IMG/VR virus record: IMGVR_UViG_3300049489_000993
Location: 1 to 64,000 of that record
DNA from: a virus
Reading direction: 5' to 3' (one strand)
Length of the DNA stretch: 64,000 bases
Shown here one piece after another: positions 25,604-35,439 of this stretch. The stretch's first letter is position 1. Each line of letters starts with the position of its first letter. The notes beneath the pieces are model-generated. The model saw nothing but the letters and a program-made list of their open reading frames with translations, had not been told where the DNA came from and did no database searches. Both the position numbers and the translations under genes were made by a program.

Positions 25604-25968
25604 GCGCGAGCCTCCTCGGTTTTGTTGGTTTCCGACGGGTTCTTCTTCGCGGCGGCCATGATTGCTTTCACGATGTGCAAGACGTCGCCCTTAATCTCGG
25701 GGTTGATCTTCGCACCCCGAACGAGCGCGAGCAAAAACTCATGTTCCTCGTCGGTCATCCCCCAGACCTGGCCCGGCTGCTTGTCGGAAATGCCTTCGGA
25801 GAGCGAAAGAAACTGCTCGACTGATTCGAGCTTGGTCATGACCTTCTCGTCGGCAACGAGCCACTTCGTAACAAACTCCTTCATCGACAGCTTGGTTGGC
25901 TCTCCCGTCTTTGGGTTGGGCATCGCGTTTTCAAGGACCACGGGTTCAGGTACGACGACGTAACGCAT
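25600..25968 (-). CDS. putative tail fibre assembly chaperone
   Basis: AGGAG RBS; charged helical protein after the fibre gene. Confidence 0.6.
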   Translation of the reverse strand: MRYVVVPEPVVLENAMPNPKTGEPTKLSMKEFVTKWLVADEKVMTKLESVEQFLSLSEGISDKQPGQVWGMTDEEHEFLLALVRGAKINPEIKGDVLHIVKAIMAAAKKNPSETNKTEEARA

Positions 25969-26030
25969 TCTGCTTCTCCTTTTGATCGGCTTCACGGCGT
26001 GCGCACGCTACCTCATGACCCATCGGGCCG

Positions 26031-28448
26031 CTAGACGGTTGCGATGAGCCCAAGCGCCTCTACGCGGGAAATCAAGGCATTGATCGCCGTCCTCGCCTCA
26101 GAGTCGACCGTCGCTCCTCCGGTCGCGTCTGCCACTGACGCGCCCTGCACGATTGGAGTCGCACCATAGAATCCGAGTTTCTGTGACGTCGATGTGCCGA
26201 TCATGCTGCCGGTCGTAGTACCAAGCACTACGTCGACCGCGTTCGCGAGATTGAGGTGACCACCATCTGCAAACCAAGCCTTGTCGACGTTGTTGTCTCG
26301 AATGAGAAATATGGATTCCGCTGTTGACCCGTTGTCGACGGTGAGCTGCGCGGCGTCTGATGTCGTGCCAAAGCTCGCGTTGCCGGTGCTGTGGATGCGG
26401 AACCGTTCGGCTCTCGTGATCGATCCGTCTGGCGTCGTGAAAAACGCCATGTACGTCGGGAGCGAGGTCGCAGAGATCGTTCCTGTGCCGACGTAAAACT
26501 CCATGCTTGCGACATTGCGGTTCGCCCCGCCCGCGTAGCCCGCGGAGACCAGCTCAAAAAGGGCATCTCCGTTGGTGACATCGGTAGGAGACGACAGCGT
26601 ACCGTGGAACAAATACGTCGACAGCAAGTTGCGAGGGCCAGCGGCAGCAGACGCGAGAATGAATGAAGCGTTGCCATTGTTCTTCGAGACAATGCCCGTT
26701 CCGTTGACCTCCAAGGTATTGCCCGGAGCCGACTCATTGATTCCGATGTTTCCCGTGCTGGCGTCGAGGAAAAACGCATGCGTGTTCCCCACCGACTCAA
26801 TGCGGTGGTCGTAATCGCTAGCTGCATCATTGAACACAACTTCGCCGGAGGTCTTGAACCTGACTCGTTCATTTGCTGCGCCCGCTCCTCCAGTGCCGAT
26901 GACGATGAATGTACCAGCCTGTACGAGCATTCCATTCGACGCATCGCCAGCGGCTGAGATGACCATCTGATCGGCGAGGTAGAGAGGGGTACCGGGTGAA
27001 GACCACGAGGTACCGGACACGTAGACGCTTCCGTTCGCTGCATCAGCAGCCAGCGACAACTGTGCAGCAGGGAATGACCCAGTCGTCGCCGTGTTGTGGA
27101 TGTAGAGCTGAAGCGCGTCGCCGACAAGGTTCTGTTCGATGTGAAGTGGCACGGCTGGTGACGCCGTCCCAATGCCTAGGCGGTTGTTTGTGTCGTCCCA
27201 AAAAAGATTTGAGTTGTCTTGGGCCAGGACACCGGCAGCACCGGCGAAAAGCACGCTGCCGGCGGTCGCCGACGTGATCGAGCCCCCGATCGCCATGCCG
27301 GCGCCGGTCGCGGTGAGGTCGTATTCCGTCCCCCCGTCGTTCAGAAAGTAGAGCTTGCTGTCGCTCTTGGCATAGAGGCGCCCAAACCCGCTAGCGGGGG
27401 TAGCCGGGGTGGCGATCTCAGGGACTTGGATGTGCCCTGCTGTCAACGCCAACGAACCCGTCATCGCCCGCGTACCGTCGACGAGCACGTACTGTGTGTG
27501 GTCGTCATCGCCGAGACCCGTCAAGGCCCCGTGGTCCGTCACCCCAACGGGCGGCGCAGCCCATGTCCCATCTGCACGAAGAAAGTTGGTTGTTCCGCCT
27601 CCCGATGCTGGAACCACGCCGCGCGTGGTCGGCGAAAAGTTGTTAGCCACCACTTGGGTTTTCGAGCCGGTATCCGACGCGGTGAACGAATCGCCAACGA
27701 AATCCAATGTCGAACGCTGTGTGAGCGGGCTTCCGTCTTCTTGGATCGTGGTATAGCCGTTAAGCGCGGGGGTAGCCCAAGTTCCGTCAGCTCGAAGAAA
27801 GTTAGACGTCCCACCCCCGGACGCCGGGACGACACCCCGTGTCGTTGACGAAAAGTCGTTCGCGGCGACCTGTGTTTTCCCCCCGACGTCGGACGCAGTG
27901 AACGTGCTCCCCACAAAGTTGAGCACGGTGCGCACCACCTGCGCACTCCCATCCTCCTCAATCGTCGCGTAACCGCCCCCGGTCGCCTGCAAGTCCGTCT
28001 CGACGCCAGCGTCGTTCAACGCATAAGCACGCCCATCGCTTTTGAAATAGATGCGGCCGAAGCCCGACGCGGGCGTTGCCGGCGTCGCTATCTCCGGGAA
28101 CGTCCCACCATTGTTGACGATCCACTCCGACATTCCCCCCGCCGACATCGACACAAACACGCGCAACGACGCCGACGTGAAGTTGACGAAGCCCCCCGTG
28201 CTCGACGCGAACACTACGTCGCGCACCAGCTCCCCGAGCCCGTTCAAATGCCCGCGGCCCACTTCCCATTGCCCGCTTAGCGCACCACCAGCGTCGACGC
28301 CTTCGATCGCATACGGCAGATCGACACTCGGGGCATAGGAGCTAGACAGCGCGCGGAACCCCGCGCTCGGCGCGGCTAGCACCAAAGAGCCCGCGCCCGT
28401 CGACGTAGATTCCTGCAAGCAGCGATCGGCAAACGTGGCGACGGTCAT
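26031..28448 (-). CDS. long tail fibre protein
   Basis: ADR..E.STSTG.G N-terminus; internal duplications (NFLRADGTWA, PATPASGFGR); NNRLGIGTASP; ERFRI.STGN. Confidence 0.85.
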   Translation of the reverse strand: MTVATFADRCLQESTSTGAGSLVLAAPSAGFRALSSSYAPSVDLPYAIEGVDAGGALSGQWEVGRGHLNGLGELVRDVVFASSTGGFVNFTSASLRVFVSMSAGGMSEWIVNNGGTFPEIATPATPASGFGRIYFKSDGRAYALNDAGVETDLQATGGGYATIEEDGSAQVVRTVLNFVGSTFTASDVGGKTQVAANDFSSTTRGVVPASGGGTSNFLRADGTWATPALNGYTTIQEDGSPLTQRSTLDFVGDSFTASDTGSKTQVVANNFSPTTRGVVPASGGGTTNFLRADGTWAAPPVGVTDHGALTGLGDDDHTQYVLVDGTRAMTGSLALTAGHIQVPEIATPATPASGFGRLYAKSDSKLYFLNDGGTEYDLTATGAGMAIGGSITSATAGSVLFAGAAGVLAQDNSNLFWDDTNNRLGIGTASPAVPLHIEQNLVGDALQLYIHNTATTGSFPAAQLSLAADAANGSVYVSGTSWSSPGTPLYLADQMVISAAGDASNGMLVQAGTFIVIGTGGAGAANERVRFKTSGEVVFNDAASDYDHRIESVGNTHAFFLDASTGNIGINESAPGNTLEVNGTGIVSKNNGNASFILASAAAGPRNLLSTYLFHGTLSSPTDVTNGDALFELVSAGYAGGANRNVASMEFYVGTGTISATSLPTYMAFFTTPDGSITRAERFRIHSTGNASFGTTSDAAQLTVDNGSTAESIFLIRDNNVDKAWFADGGHLNLANAVDVVLGTTTGSMIGTSTSQKLGFYGATPIVQGASVADATGGATVDSEARTAINALISRVEALGLIATV

Positions 28449-28459
28449 GGGGGCCTCTA

Positions 28460-29875
28460 TCAGGTGATCGTGATGTCCACAGATTCGTTGGTGCGCGGGA
28501 TCTGATCGTCGAGCACCACGAGGTTCGCGGCCGGTGCCGTGATCTGAATATCGAACATGCCTTCCACAGCCATCGCGCGCTCAATCAGCTCGCTCTTGAT
28601 GACGTTGTTCCCGATGCCGAGCCCGTTGACGTAGCTCGCAAGCGCCGCCTTCACGTCAGCGGCGACAGTCGCTTGTGAGTAGCCGTCAAGGACCGTGATG
28701 TCGGCGACGATGACGACGGGATAAATCGTCGGAACGCGCACGATGCCCAGCGTGCCTGCCGCGCGCCAGCCGGGGTAGTTGCCCCGGTCTAGCGGGTCGC
28801 CGTCGAGCACCTTTTGCGCTTCCTGCAAGAGCCCCGTGAAGTAGGTGTACGCGATCGTGACCGTATCGCCCGCGACGAGCGGGAACCCCAAGTAAATCTG
28901 CCCCGATGCAGGATTGAGCGAGTATTGCCCGGCAACCGGTCCCGACGTCACACGCGTGAGCGTGACCGCTCCGGGGTTCTTGACGGCGGACGGCGTGACG
29001 GCATCTTTGATCGGAAAGTTGTTGGTGTAGAGGTACCGCTCGCCGCCAAGCGCGACGTCGCCGGGGAACTCGGGTCCAGAGGTAAGCAGCTCCGGTGACA
29101 CGGTCGCGAGCGTGGATTCTGCGGTGCCGGTGCCGTCGTCGAGGTAGACGTAGAACCAGCCCAGGTTGATCGGGTCTTCGAGCACCTTGACGAACACAAC
29201 GCGTTGCCCACTGGGCAGCTCGATGGTTTTGAGCTTGGTCTCGATGGAGGAGGGCGTGCAGCGTGAGAGCCCAGCGACGGTGTCGCGGATGCGGGAACGG
29301 AATGAATCGTCAGTCTCGGCGTCTTTGCCGCCTACGAAGCCGCTGGGGTTCGACGCGGTGTCGACGCCGGTGGGGCGCAAGCCTTTGAACTTGGTGAGCG
29401 TGGCGGCGGCGACGTTGCCGTTGCTGCCCGCGCTTTCGATCACGGCGGGGATGAGCCCTGAGATCAACGCGAGGTTGGGAATCGAGCCCGCCGCGGTGGT
29501 GACCGCGATGACCTCCGGCGAGGAGCCAGGCACCGCCACGCGCACGCCAGCCGGGATGCTCACCAGCGGTCCCGCCACGGCCCGCGAGAACTGCAAGTTG
29601 CCCGTCGCCGCCGAGGACGCGATGCGGGTCACCACGACGGGGTTGTAGTCCTTGGCGCGCTCGTCGAGGTCTTCGCCGGCTGCGCGGTCGATGGAAAACA
29701 GATCAATGACGTTCTTGGTCTGGTAGTAGGCGTCGTCCAGCTCGCGCGCGAAGGCCGCCATGAAGCTCTTGGCGATGGACGTGTCGGTGAGGTCGGAAAG
29801 CTCGGAACGCGCGACGAGCGCATCGATCATGCGCTGCAAGATGGTCTCGAAGGTCTTTGGTACAAACTGTCCCAT
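28460..29875 (-). CDS. baseplate J-like wedge protein
   Basis: A.GEDLDERA; G.NGNV.A..; GG.DAETD..FR.R; YVNGLGIG..V..SEL. Confidence 0.9.
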   Translation of the reverse strand: MGQFVPKTFETILQRMIDALVARSELSDLTDTSIAKSFMAAFARELDDAYYQTKNVIDLFSIDRAAGEDLDERAKDYNPVVVTRIASSAATGNLQFSRAVAGPLVSIPAGVRVAVPGSSPEVIAVTTAAGSIPNLALISGLIPAVIESAGSNGNVAAATLTKFKGLRPTGVDTASNPSGFVGGKDAETDDSFRSRIRDTVAGLSRCTPSSIETKLKTIELPSGQRVVFVKVLEDPINLGWFYVYLDDGTGTAESTLATVSPELLTSGPEFPGDVALGGERYLYTNNFPIKDAVTPSAVKNPGAVTLTRVTSGPVAGQYSLNPASGQIYLGFPLVAGDTVTIAYTYFTGLLQEAQKVLDGDPLDRGNYPGWRAAGTLGIVRVPTIYPVVIVADITVLDGYSQATVAADVKAALASYVNGLGIGNNVIKSELIERAMAVEGMFDIQITAPAANLVVLDDQIPRTNESVDITIT

Positions 29876-29888
29876 CGGTGCTGCCTTC

Positions 29889-31715
29889 CTACGAGATGAC
29901 CCGACCGATCACGCGCAGAGCGGTGCGGTCAAACGGTTGCACGTCGAGCGCCACCTCCAGCGTGTCACCTGTGAGCTGGAGCGAGGCGTTGGATACCACG
30001 CGCACACGCGAGTCGCGCTGCACCGCCGATACGATGCGCGCGCGCGCTTCGATCACGCGTTCAACGCTCCCTTTGCGCCCCACGATGCGTTCGTAGCCGA
30101 CGTTGCGGTACAGCAAGTTGGAGCCCTGCTCTGTGGACAGAATCGAAACGATGGCTTGCTCGAGGTTCTCCAAGCCGGAGATGGTGCGAGCGTCGGTGCC
30201 GGTGGTGGGGTCGAGCACGAGGTCGTAGGTGCCATCGGATTGCGCTTTCAGCTCGAAGTCCCGACCAAAGAGCGCCTCGAGCTGGGAGGCGCCGAGCGTG
30301 GGGTCGCCGGCCGAGCGCACCTGTTGGAAAGGCTGCGTGGCGGCTGTGGTCGGGATGAGGATGGGCTGCCCGTAGCGCAACGTGCCGGGGAGCCCCTCCT
30401 CGGAGATGTACGGCGCCTTGATCCCGTTCGCGATGGCGATGTCGATCCACCGCCGCGCGTCTTCCAGCTCGCGTGCGGCGATGCTTGCGATCGTATCGCC
30501 GTGCTGCACCGTCACCTGCCGAAAGCCAGTGTATTTCGGGAACGTGCGCTTGACGTCGAACAAGCCGCTGTTGACGCGCGCTTGGTCACCGGGCCGCGGC
30601 CCCGTCAGCAAGAGCTGCTCGGGCTGCGTGATAGTCGAGCTGGCTGCCACCTCAAGCGCGTCTGGCGTCAGATCGGCCGGCCCCATGACGAGGCGCAAAA
30701 AGCGAGTCGCGTTCTCGTCGAAGTCCTCGCGGAACTTCTCGGGGTAGGCCAACAGCGTGTTGTAGGCGTCGGAGACCGAGCGCGTCATGGCGGCGATCTC
30801 GAGGTACGCCGGCCCCAAAAGGTTCTGATTGTCGACGAGGAGCCGCGCGACGTTGTCGGCCAAGTCGCGAGCGGCGCGCACGTTGCCCAGCGGCAGATTG
30901 ATGAACCCGCGCACCGAGCGTGTGAACTCGGAGACGGCGCCGAGGATGCCGGTGGTGGCGGTGTTCAGCTCGGTGAGCAGCCCCACGACGGCCCCGACCT
31001 GCGCCTGAATGCCGCTGATCTCGGATTGCCATTGGATGAGCTGTTGCGCGGCCCCGCCGATGCTTTTGGCGGCGTCGGCGATGGCGCGGAGCACGGCGCT
31101 ATCGTTGCTCTGAATCTTGGGCGGGTTCTCGACGTATCCGACGACGGCGAGCGTGATCGTATAGTTGTAGAAGAAGTTTTTTTGCGTCGAGCGCTCAAGG
31201 CGGAACTCGCGCGGCACGACGATGTAATGCTCGCCGTCTTTGTAGTTGTGGTACGTGAGATAGACATCCTTCGCGACGGTCGGGTCTTTTTTGAGGTCCG
31301 AGTAGCGAAGGAAGCAAACGTTCTGCAAGTAGAGGAAGTGCGCTTGTCCCGAGAGCGGGATTGGCAGGCCGGATTCCGCGACGTTCAAGCGGGGGGAAAG
31401 CCCGGTGTGCCCTTGGATCGTGAGCTGGGAGATGATCACCCCGTTCTCTTCGGCGACGACGCCCCCATCTTGGGTGGGGGTCAGCTCGGCTGAGAACGGG
31501 TGCGTCTTTTGGATGGCGGTGGGGGCGAGCACCAACGGGAACAGTACCGAGCCCGTGGGCGCTAGGGAGGCGGGGAGGTGGAGCTGGAAGGCGTAGCTCC
31601 ACGTTTTCCAGTAGCGGTCATCGCCCCCGGAGAGCGCGGGAACGCCAATGGGACCGAGCAAAGGCCCGGCCTGCGTCGCGCGAAGCTCCTCCGCAATCGC
31701 CTGCAAGATGCCCAA
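29889..31715 (-). CDS. baseplate fusion protein: tube-initiator-like + LysM + gp25-like
   Basis: TTG start with GGAGG. N-terminus P..I......T.T..G..V......LTI.G.TG; LysM VQHGDTIASIAAREL....W.DIA..NGI; C-terminus SGLENLEQAI...L.TE.G...D.RV. Confidence 0.8.
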   Translation of the reverse strand: MGILQAIAEELRATQAGPLLGPIGVPALSGGDDRYWKTWSYAFQLHLPASLAPTGSVLFPLVLAPTAIQKTHPFSAELTPTQDGGVVAEENGVIISQLTIQGHTGLSPRLNVAESGLPIPLSGQAHFLYLQNVCFLRYSDLKKDPTVAKDVYLTYHNYKDGEHYIVVPREFRLERSTQKNFFYNYTITLAVVGYVENPPKIQSNDSAVLRAIADAAKSIGGAAQQLIQWQSEISGIQAQVGAVVGLLTELNTATTGILGAVSEFTRSVRGFINLPLGNVRAARDLADNVARLLVDNQNLLGPAYLEIAAMTRSVSDAYNTLLAYPEKFREDFDENATRFLRLVMGPADLTPDALEVAASSTITQPEQLLLTGPRPGDQARVNSGLFDVKRTFPKYTGFRQVTVQHGDTIASIAARELEDARRWIDIAIANGIKAPYISEEGLPGTLRYGQPILIPTTAATQPFQQVRSAGDPTLGASQLEALFGRDFELKAQSDGTYDLVLDPTTGTDARTISGLENLEQAIVSILSTEQGSNLLYRNVGYERIVGRKGSVERVIEARARIVSAVQRDSRVRVVSNASLQLTGDTLEVALDVQPFDRTALRVIGRVIS

Positions 31716-31766
31716 GCTGCCTCCGGCGCAGACAGCCTACAGCGCAGCCCCAAAGCCGGTACAGGC

Positions 31767-32801
31767 TCACAAAAAGGGGAAGGGCACCGGACCAGGGAAA
31801 ATGATCTGCGCGCCCGCCATAGAGGCGTACAGCGCGCCGGAGAATAGTCCGGCCGCGGCTTGGGAGGCGGTGGGGTCCCAAGGCTGCGGGTTTGGGAGCA
31901 AGCTCGCGGAGGCGCCGGCGGTCGTGAAGCCCGCTGCGAGGCTCGCGAGCGCGGGTGGCGGGATGGCCGCAATCGACGCGGGAAAGACACTCGCCGAGGC
32001 CCCGGCCACGACACCCCAAAAAGCGACCGCGCCGGCTTGAATCGCGGCGGCAGCGAGCACGGGCGTAGACATCATGCCGTCGATGATGGTCTGCATCGCG
32101 GTCTCGGCGGCGGTGACCGCCGCGGGCACGGGCGGCACACCGTTGGCGACGCCGGCCAGGAACAGGGTTTTGTACGCTGCGGCCCATGCGGCGCCGGTGG
32201 AGAGCCCCGTCACGGCCGGCTTGGGTGGCGCAATCGTGAACGCCACGCCGGCTGGAATGGGGCCGGCAAAGGCCGCGACGTACTTGAACTCGAGCACATG
32301 CCCGCTGGCGATGGCCGGTGTTGGCGCGCCGATGGCGATGACGCCCGCTGCCGGGTTGTGTCCCCCGTTGCTTGGGTCCGGGGCGATGTCGGTCGCGGGC
32401 GAGAGCCGCTTGATGCCCTGAATCTTGGCGACGTCGGGGGGGCCTGGCAGCGTGAACAGAGCTTGGTTGTTCGCCGTGGCGGCGACGGTGACGGTTTGCA
32501 TGCCCGCCGGGTTGTCGGCGGCGTCGATGACAGTGACGAGCGAGGCGGTGTTGGCGGTGATCTTGGAGCCTTGCCAGTACGGGGGCGCGCTTGCGTAGCC
32601 GTTCACCAAGGCACTCGGGGTGAGTGCGGTGCCGCTGGCAAACGAGGTGTTCCCGATGCCGCCCGTCGTCGTGGTGCCGTTGATCGGGGTTGGAGGCGGC
32701 TGCGCCCCATCCGGCCATCCAAGCGATGGAGGTGTGCTCGCTGTTGCGGGCACCATGAACGATTCAATGTACGGCTGCGCCGTCGTGGGCGACATCGGCA
32801 C
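31767..32801 (-). CDS. baseplate-region structural protein (Ala/Pro-rich)
   Basis: Position after the spike gene; tight packing. Confidence 0.6.
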   Translation of the reverse strand: MPMSPTTAQPYIESFMVPATASTPPSLGWPDGAQPPPTPINGTTTTGGIGNTSFASGTALTPSALVNGYASAPPYWQGSKITANTASLVTVIDAADNPAGMQTVTVAATANNQALFTLPGPPDVAKIQGIKRLSPATDIAPDPSNGGHNPAAGVIAIGAPTPAIASGHVLEFKYVAAFAGPIPAGVAFTIAPPKPAVTGLSTGAAWAAAYKTLFLAGVANGVPPVPAAVTAAETAMQTIIDGMMSTPVLAAAAIQAGAVAFWGVVAGASASVFPASIAAIPPPALASLAAGFTTAGASASLLPNPQPWDPTASQAAAGLFSGALYASMAGAQIIFPGPVPFPFL

Positions 32802-32804
32802 GGG

Positions 32805-33836
32805 TTACGGCTGCCCGTCGGGGAACTTGACCTTGCCGCCTTGCACGTTCGCCGCGACGAGGCCCGCTGTACCGTTGAACGGCGCCAAAAGCGGCACGGG
32901 GATGCCCGTTGGCCCAGCGCCCGACGGATGAATGTGGGCGTCGAAGGTCGCGCGGATGGTGGGCCACACCGTCGACTCCCACCACGTTTTCAAATGCTGA
33001 AACACCGCGGGGTTGAACGTGCCGGTCCCGAGCTGCGCGATAGCGTCCGCATCCTTCTTGGTGAGCGAGAATGTGGCCCCGTTGCCCAGCCGGAACGTGA
33101 TGAGGCCGTCGCCCGTGGGGTCCACTTCGATCTTGAACTTTTGAGCGCCCCCCGCCGCGTTGACGCCTTCCACGACGAGCTTGGCGTTGTGATTCATGCG
33201 CAGCGTGACGTTGCCGTGCGCGAGGTCTAGCGCGGGCGTTTCCGCGCCGTTGGCGTCAATGGCGCCGCTGTTGGCGCGCGTTGTGTCCACAACGACGTTG
33301 CCGTCCTTGTCGACCGTGGTCGTGACGCCGCGGAAGCGGGAGGCATGAGATTCGCCGGTGGCCGCGAGCTGGCGAAAGTTGGAGCGGGGATGTGGCATCG
33401 CCGAGCGGATGAACGGTTGTTGGGTATCCCCCTCGAAGAACTCGAGGAGCACATGGTCCCCGTCAAGGTCACGAGGATCGGAAACAGGCCCCTTGGTGCC
33501 GTCCAAGTTGTACGGCTGATTCGTCTGGAGGTCGGTGGTTGTGCCTCGCGGAATCCACAAGCCGCTGTAGTCGTTCAAGCCGTGGCGTTGCTGGGCGACG
33601 GGAACGCGCTGCATGAAAGCGCGAAAGCGTGAGCCGTACGTGAGCACGTCGCAGGAAACGGCCATGATCTTCGCGTTTGGGGCGTTCATGTCCCGCAGCA
33701 AGAATGCCTCGGCGGCGTCGTCGTTTCCCGCGTCGGCGAAATCGGCGAAGTAGGTCGAAATCACGACGGCGCGCACGACGCTCGGGGGCATCTTGCCGAA
33801 ACCCTTGGTGGAGCGCATGCCATCTTGGCGCCTCAT
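32805..33836 (-). CDS. central baseplate spike (gpV/gp5-like)
   Basis: OB-fold end GD.VLL.F.EG....P.I; beta-repeats; apex HIH-x-G.GPT motif. Confidence 0.8.
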   Translation of the reverse strand: MRRQDGMRSTKGFGKMPPSVVRAVVISTYFADFADAGNDDAAEAFLLRDMNAPNAKIMAVSCDVLTYGSRFRAFMQRVPVAQQRHGLNDYSGLWIPRGTTTDLQTNQPYNLDGTKGPVSDPRDLDGDHVLLEFFEGDTQQPFIRSAMPHPRSNFRQLAATGESHASRFRGVTTTVDKDGNVVVDTTRANSGAIDANGAETPALDLAHGNVTLRMNHNAKLVVEGVNAAGGAQKFKIEVDPTGDGLITFRLGNGATFSLTKKDADAIAQLGTGTFNPAVFQHLKTWWESTVWPTIRATFDAHIHPSGAGPTGIPVPLLAPFNGTAGLVAANVQGGKVKFPDGQP

Positions 33837-35437
33837 GGCCCGACGCTCCGGCCAGCCCCACCGATGGGCAGCATCGTCAGGCCCATGTCGAGTCCGCCGG
33901 TTTCCCCCTTGGTGCCCGTGCGCGCGAACGACGACGCCCGCGTCGCGATGGCTTGTAGCAGTTGAGCATCGGTGCCCCGGAACCCACGCGTCACGCCGAG
34001 CGACGTCGTGGCCCCGCGAGGGTAGTTGTAGTTGATCGCAACGCTTTCGATGTACGCCTGCGTGACGTCGTTGACGCCGTCACCTTGGAGCACGAGGCGG
34101 TAGCCTACGCGCGCTTCTGGGTACAGGAAGGGGATGGCGACGTTGCCCGTCAACCATAGGTGGTTGAGCCCGTACCAATGCACCATGAGCGTCTGCCAGG
34201 TGTTCATCTCTTTCGCCCACGCGGGCTGGCCTAACCCGACTTCGCCCGTGAACCGTGTTTGCTGCTCGAACTTGCGGATGCCGTAGCGGCGAATATCCTC
34301 CTCGTCGATGGCGGGAGGATAAAGCGCGTACTGATCGAACGTGGAAAACCCGGTGTTCGCCGCGTACAGCATGAACAAGTTGATTCGCTCGACGTCGCTG
34401 CGCGACAAGCCGTCGTCGTTGACGTAGCGGCGGCGCAGCGAACACGTCGGCAAGCGAAACCACGGGGAATCAAGATTCCCGTCTCCCTCGGAAGCCTGAA
34501 ACACGTTCGCGAACGGCCGCTCGCGCAGCACCACCAAAGGTGCGGGGGCATCCGGCTCTGACTCCTCGACGTCGACATCGAAAAACAGCTCGTTCAAGAG
34601 CGGGTTGCTCCACTCTTGGAGCATCGAATACAGCGTCGTTCCCATCTCCGGCTGAAACAGATTCGTTTCGTTGAACATGGAACCGCGCAGGTGCGCGGTA
34701 AAGCCAGATCCGTTGAATGCATCGGAAGAATAGCCCGCAAGACTCGTGATGAGCCGTGTCTCCGGTGTGCTCTGCCTGGATGACATGACGCGCATGCGTA
34801 ACGCTTCGATGAACGCCGCCCCGAGAAAGTTGAGTCCAGGTGGAAGCGTCCAGGCGCCGCCCAGGATGCCCCCCGACCCAAGAAACGCGTCGAGCATGTT
34901 CGCACACACCGCATCCGGCGTGCCGCCTGGCACGTAGTTGTACCGCTTGGCGAAGATGCGCCCGCCGATGTTCGTTTCGGCGCTCGCCCACTCGTTGAAC
35001 CACACCGACGTCAACTCGATGAGCTTGCCGACGTCGCGCCCCGAGACGGTGTAGACGTGGACTGTGGCCCCGCCGACGACGTGGCGGTCCTCCTGCACAG
35101 TGTCGATGTTGCCGAGCGTGCCGTGGAACTTGACGCCGTTGCGCTCCCACCAAAGGACAAGCCAGTCACCGGGGAAAAGTTGATCGAGGAGGCTCGTCGG
35201 CGACTTGACCGTGAGCGACCACGTTCCCGAGGGCGCGGAGAGGTTCTTGGCGTAGGTCGCTGCGGTGATCGATGGCCCGGTGGGTTGCCCATGATCGACG
35301 GGGCTCGACAGCGAGAGCGCGTCGGCGTCGTGGCGGTAGACGCGCGCGTGGCACCGCGTGGTGAACGAGTTGTACCGATCTGCGGGCCGCCCAGGGCTCT
35401 CGCTCTCGATGTCGTGTAGCCACGGTTGATTCGCCAC
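33833..35437 (-). CDS. baseplate hub protein (gp27/Tal-like)
   Basis: Follows the TMP; VSGRD.GK; NELFFD; RERPF; RYG.R; R.G.R; YIESV...; TT.LGVTRG. Confidence 0.8.
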   Translation of the reverse strand: MANQPWLHDIESESPGRPADRYNSFTTRCHARVYRHDADALSLSSPVDHGQPTGPSITAATYAKNLSAPSGTWSLTVKSPTSLLDQLFPGDWLVLWWERNGVKFHGTLGNIDTVQEDRHVVGGATVHVYTVSGRDVGKLIELTSVWFNEWASAETNIGGRIFAKRYNYVPGGTPDAVCANMLDAFLGSGGILGGAWTLPPGLNFLGAAFIEALRMRVMSSRQSTPETRLITSLAGYSSDAFNGSGFTAHLRGSMFNETNLFQPEMGTTLYSMLQEWSNPLLNELFFDVDVEESEPDAPAPLVVLRERPFANVFQASEGDGNLDSPWFRLPTCSLRRRYVNDDGLSRSDVERINLFMLYAANTGFSTFDQYALYPPAIDEEDIRRYGIRKFEQQTRFTGEVGLGQPAWAKEMNTWQTLMVHWYGLNHLWLTGNVAIPFLYPEARVGYRLVLQGDGVNDVTQAYIESVAINYNYPRGATTSLGVTRGFRGTDAQLLQAIATRASSFARTGTKGETGGLDMGLTMLPIGGAGRSVGP

Positions 35438-35439
35438 AG

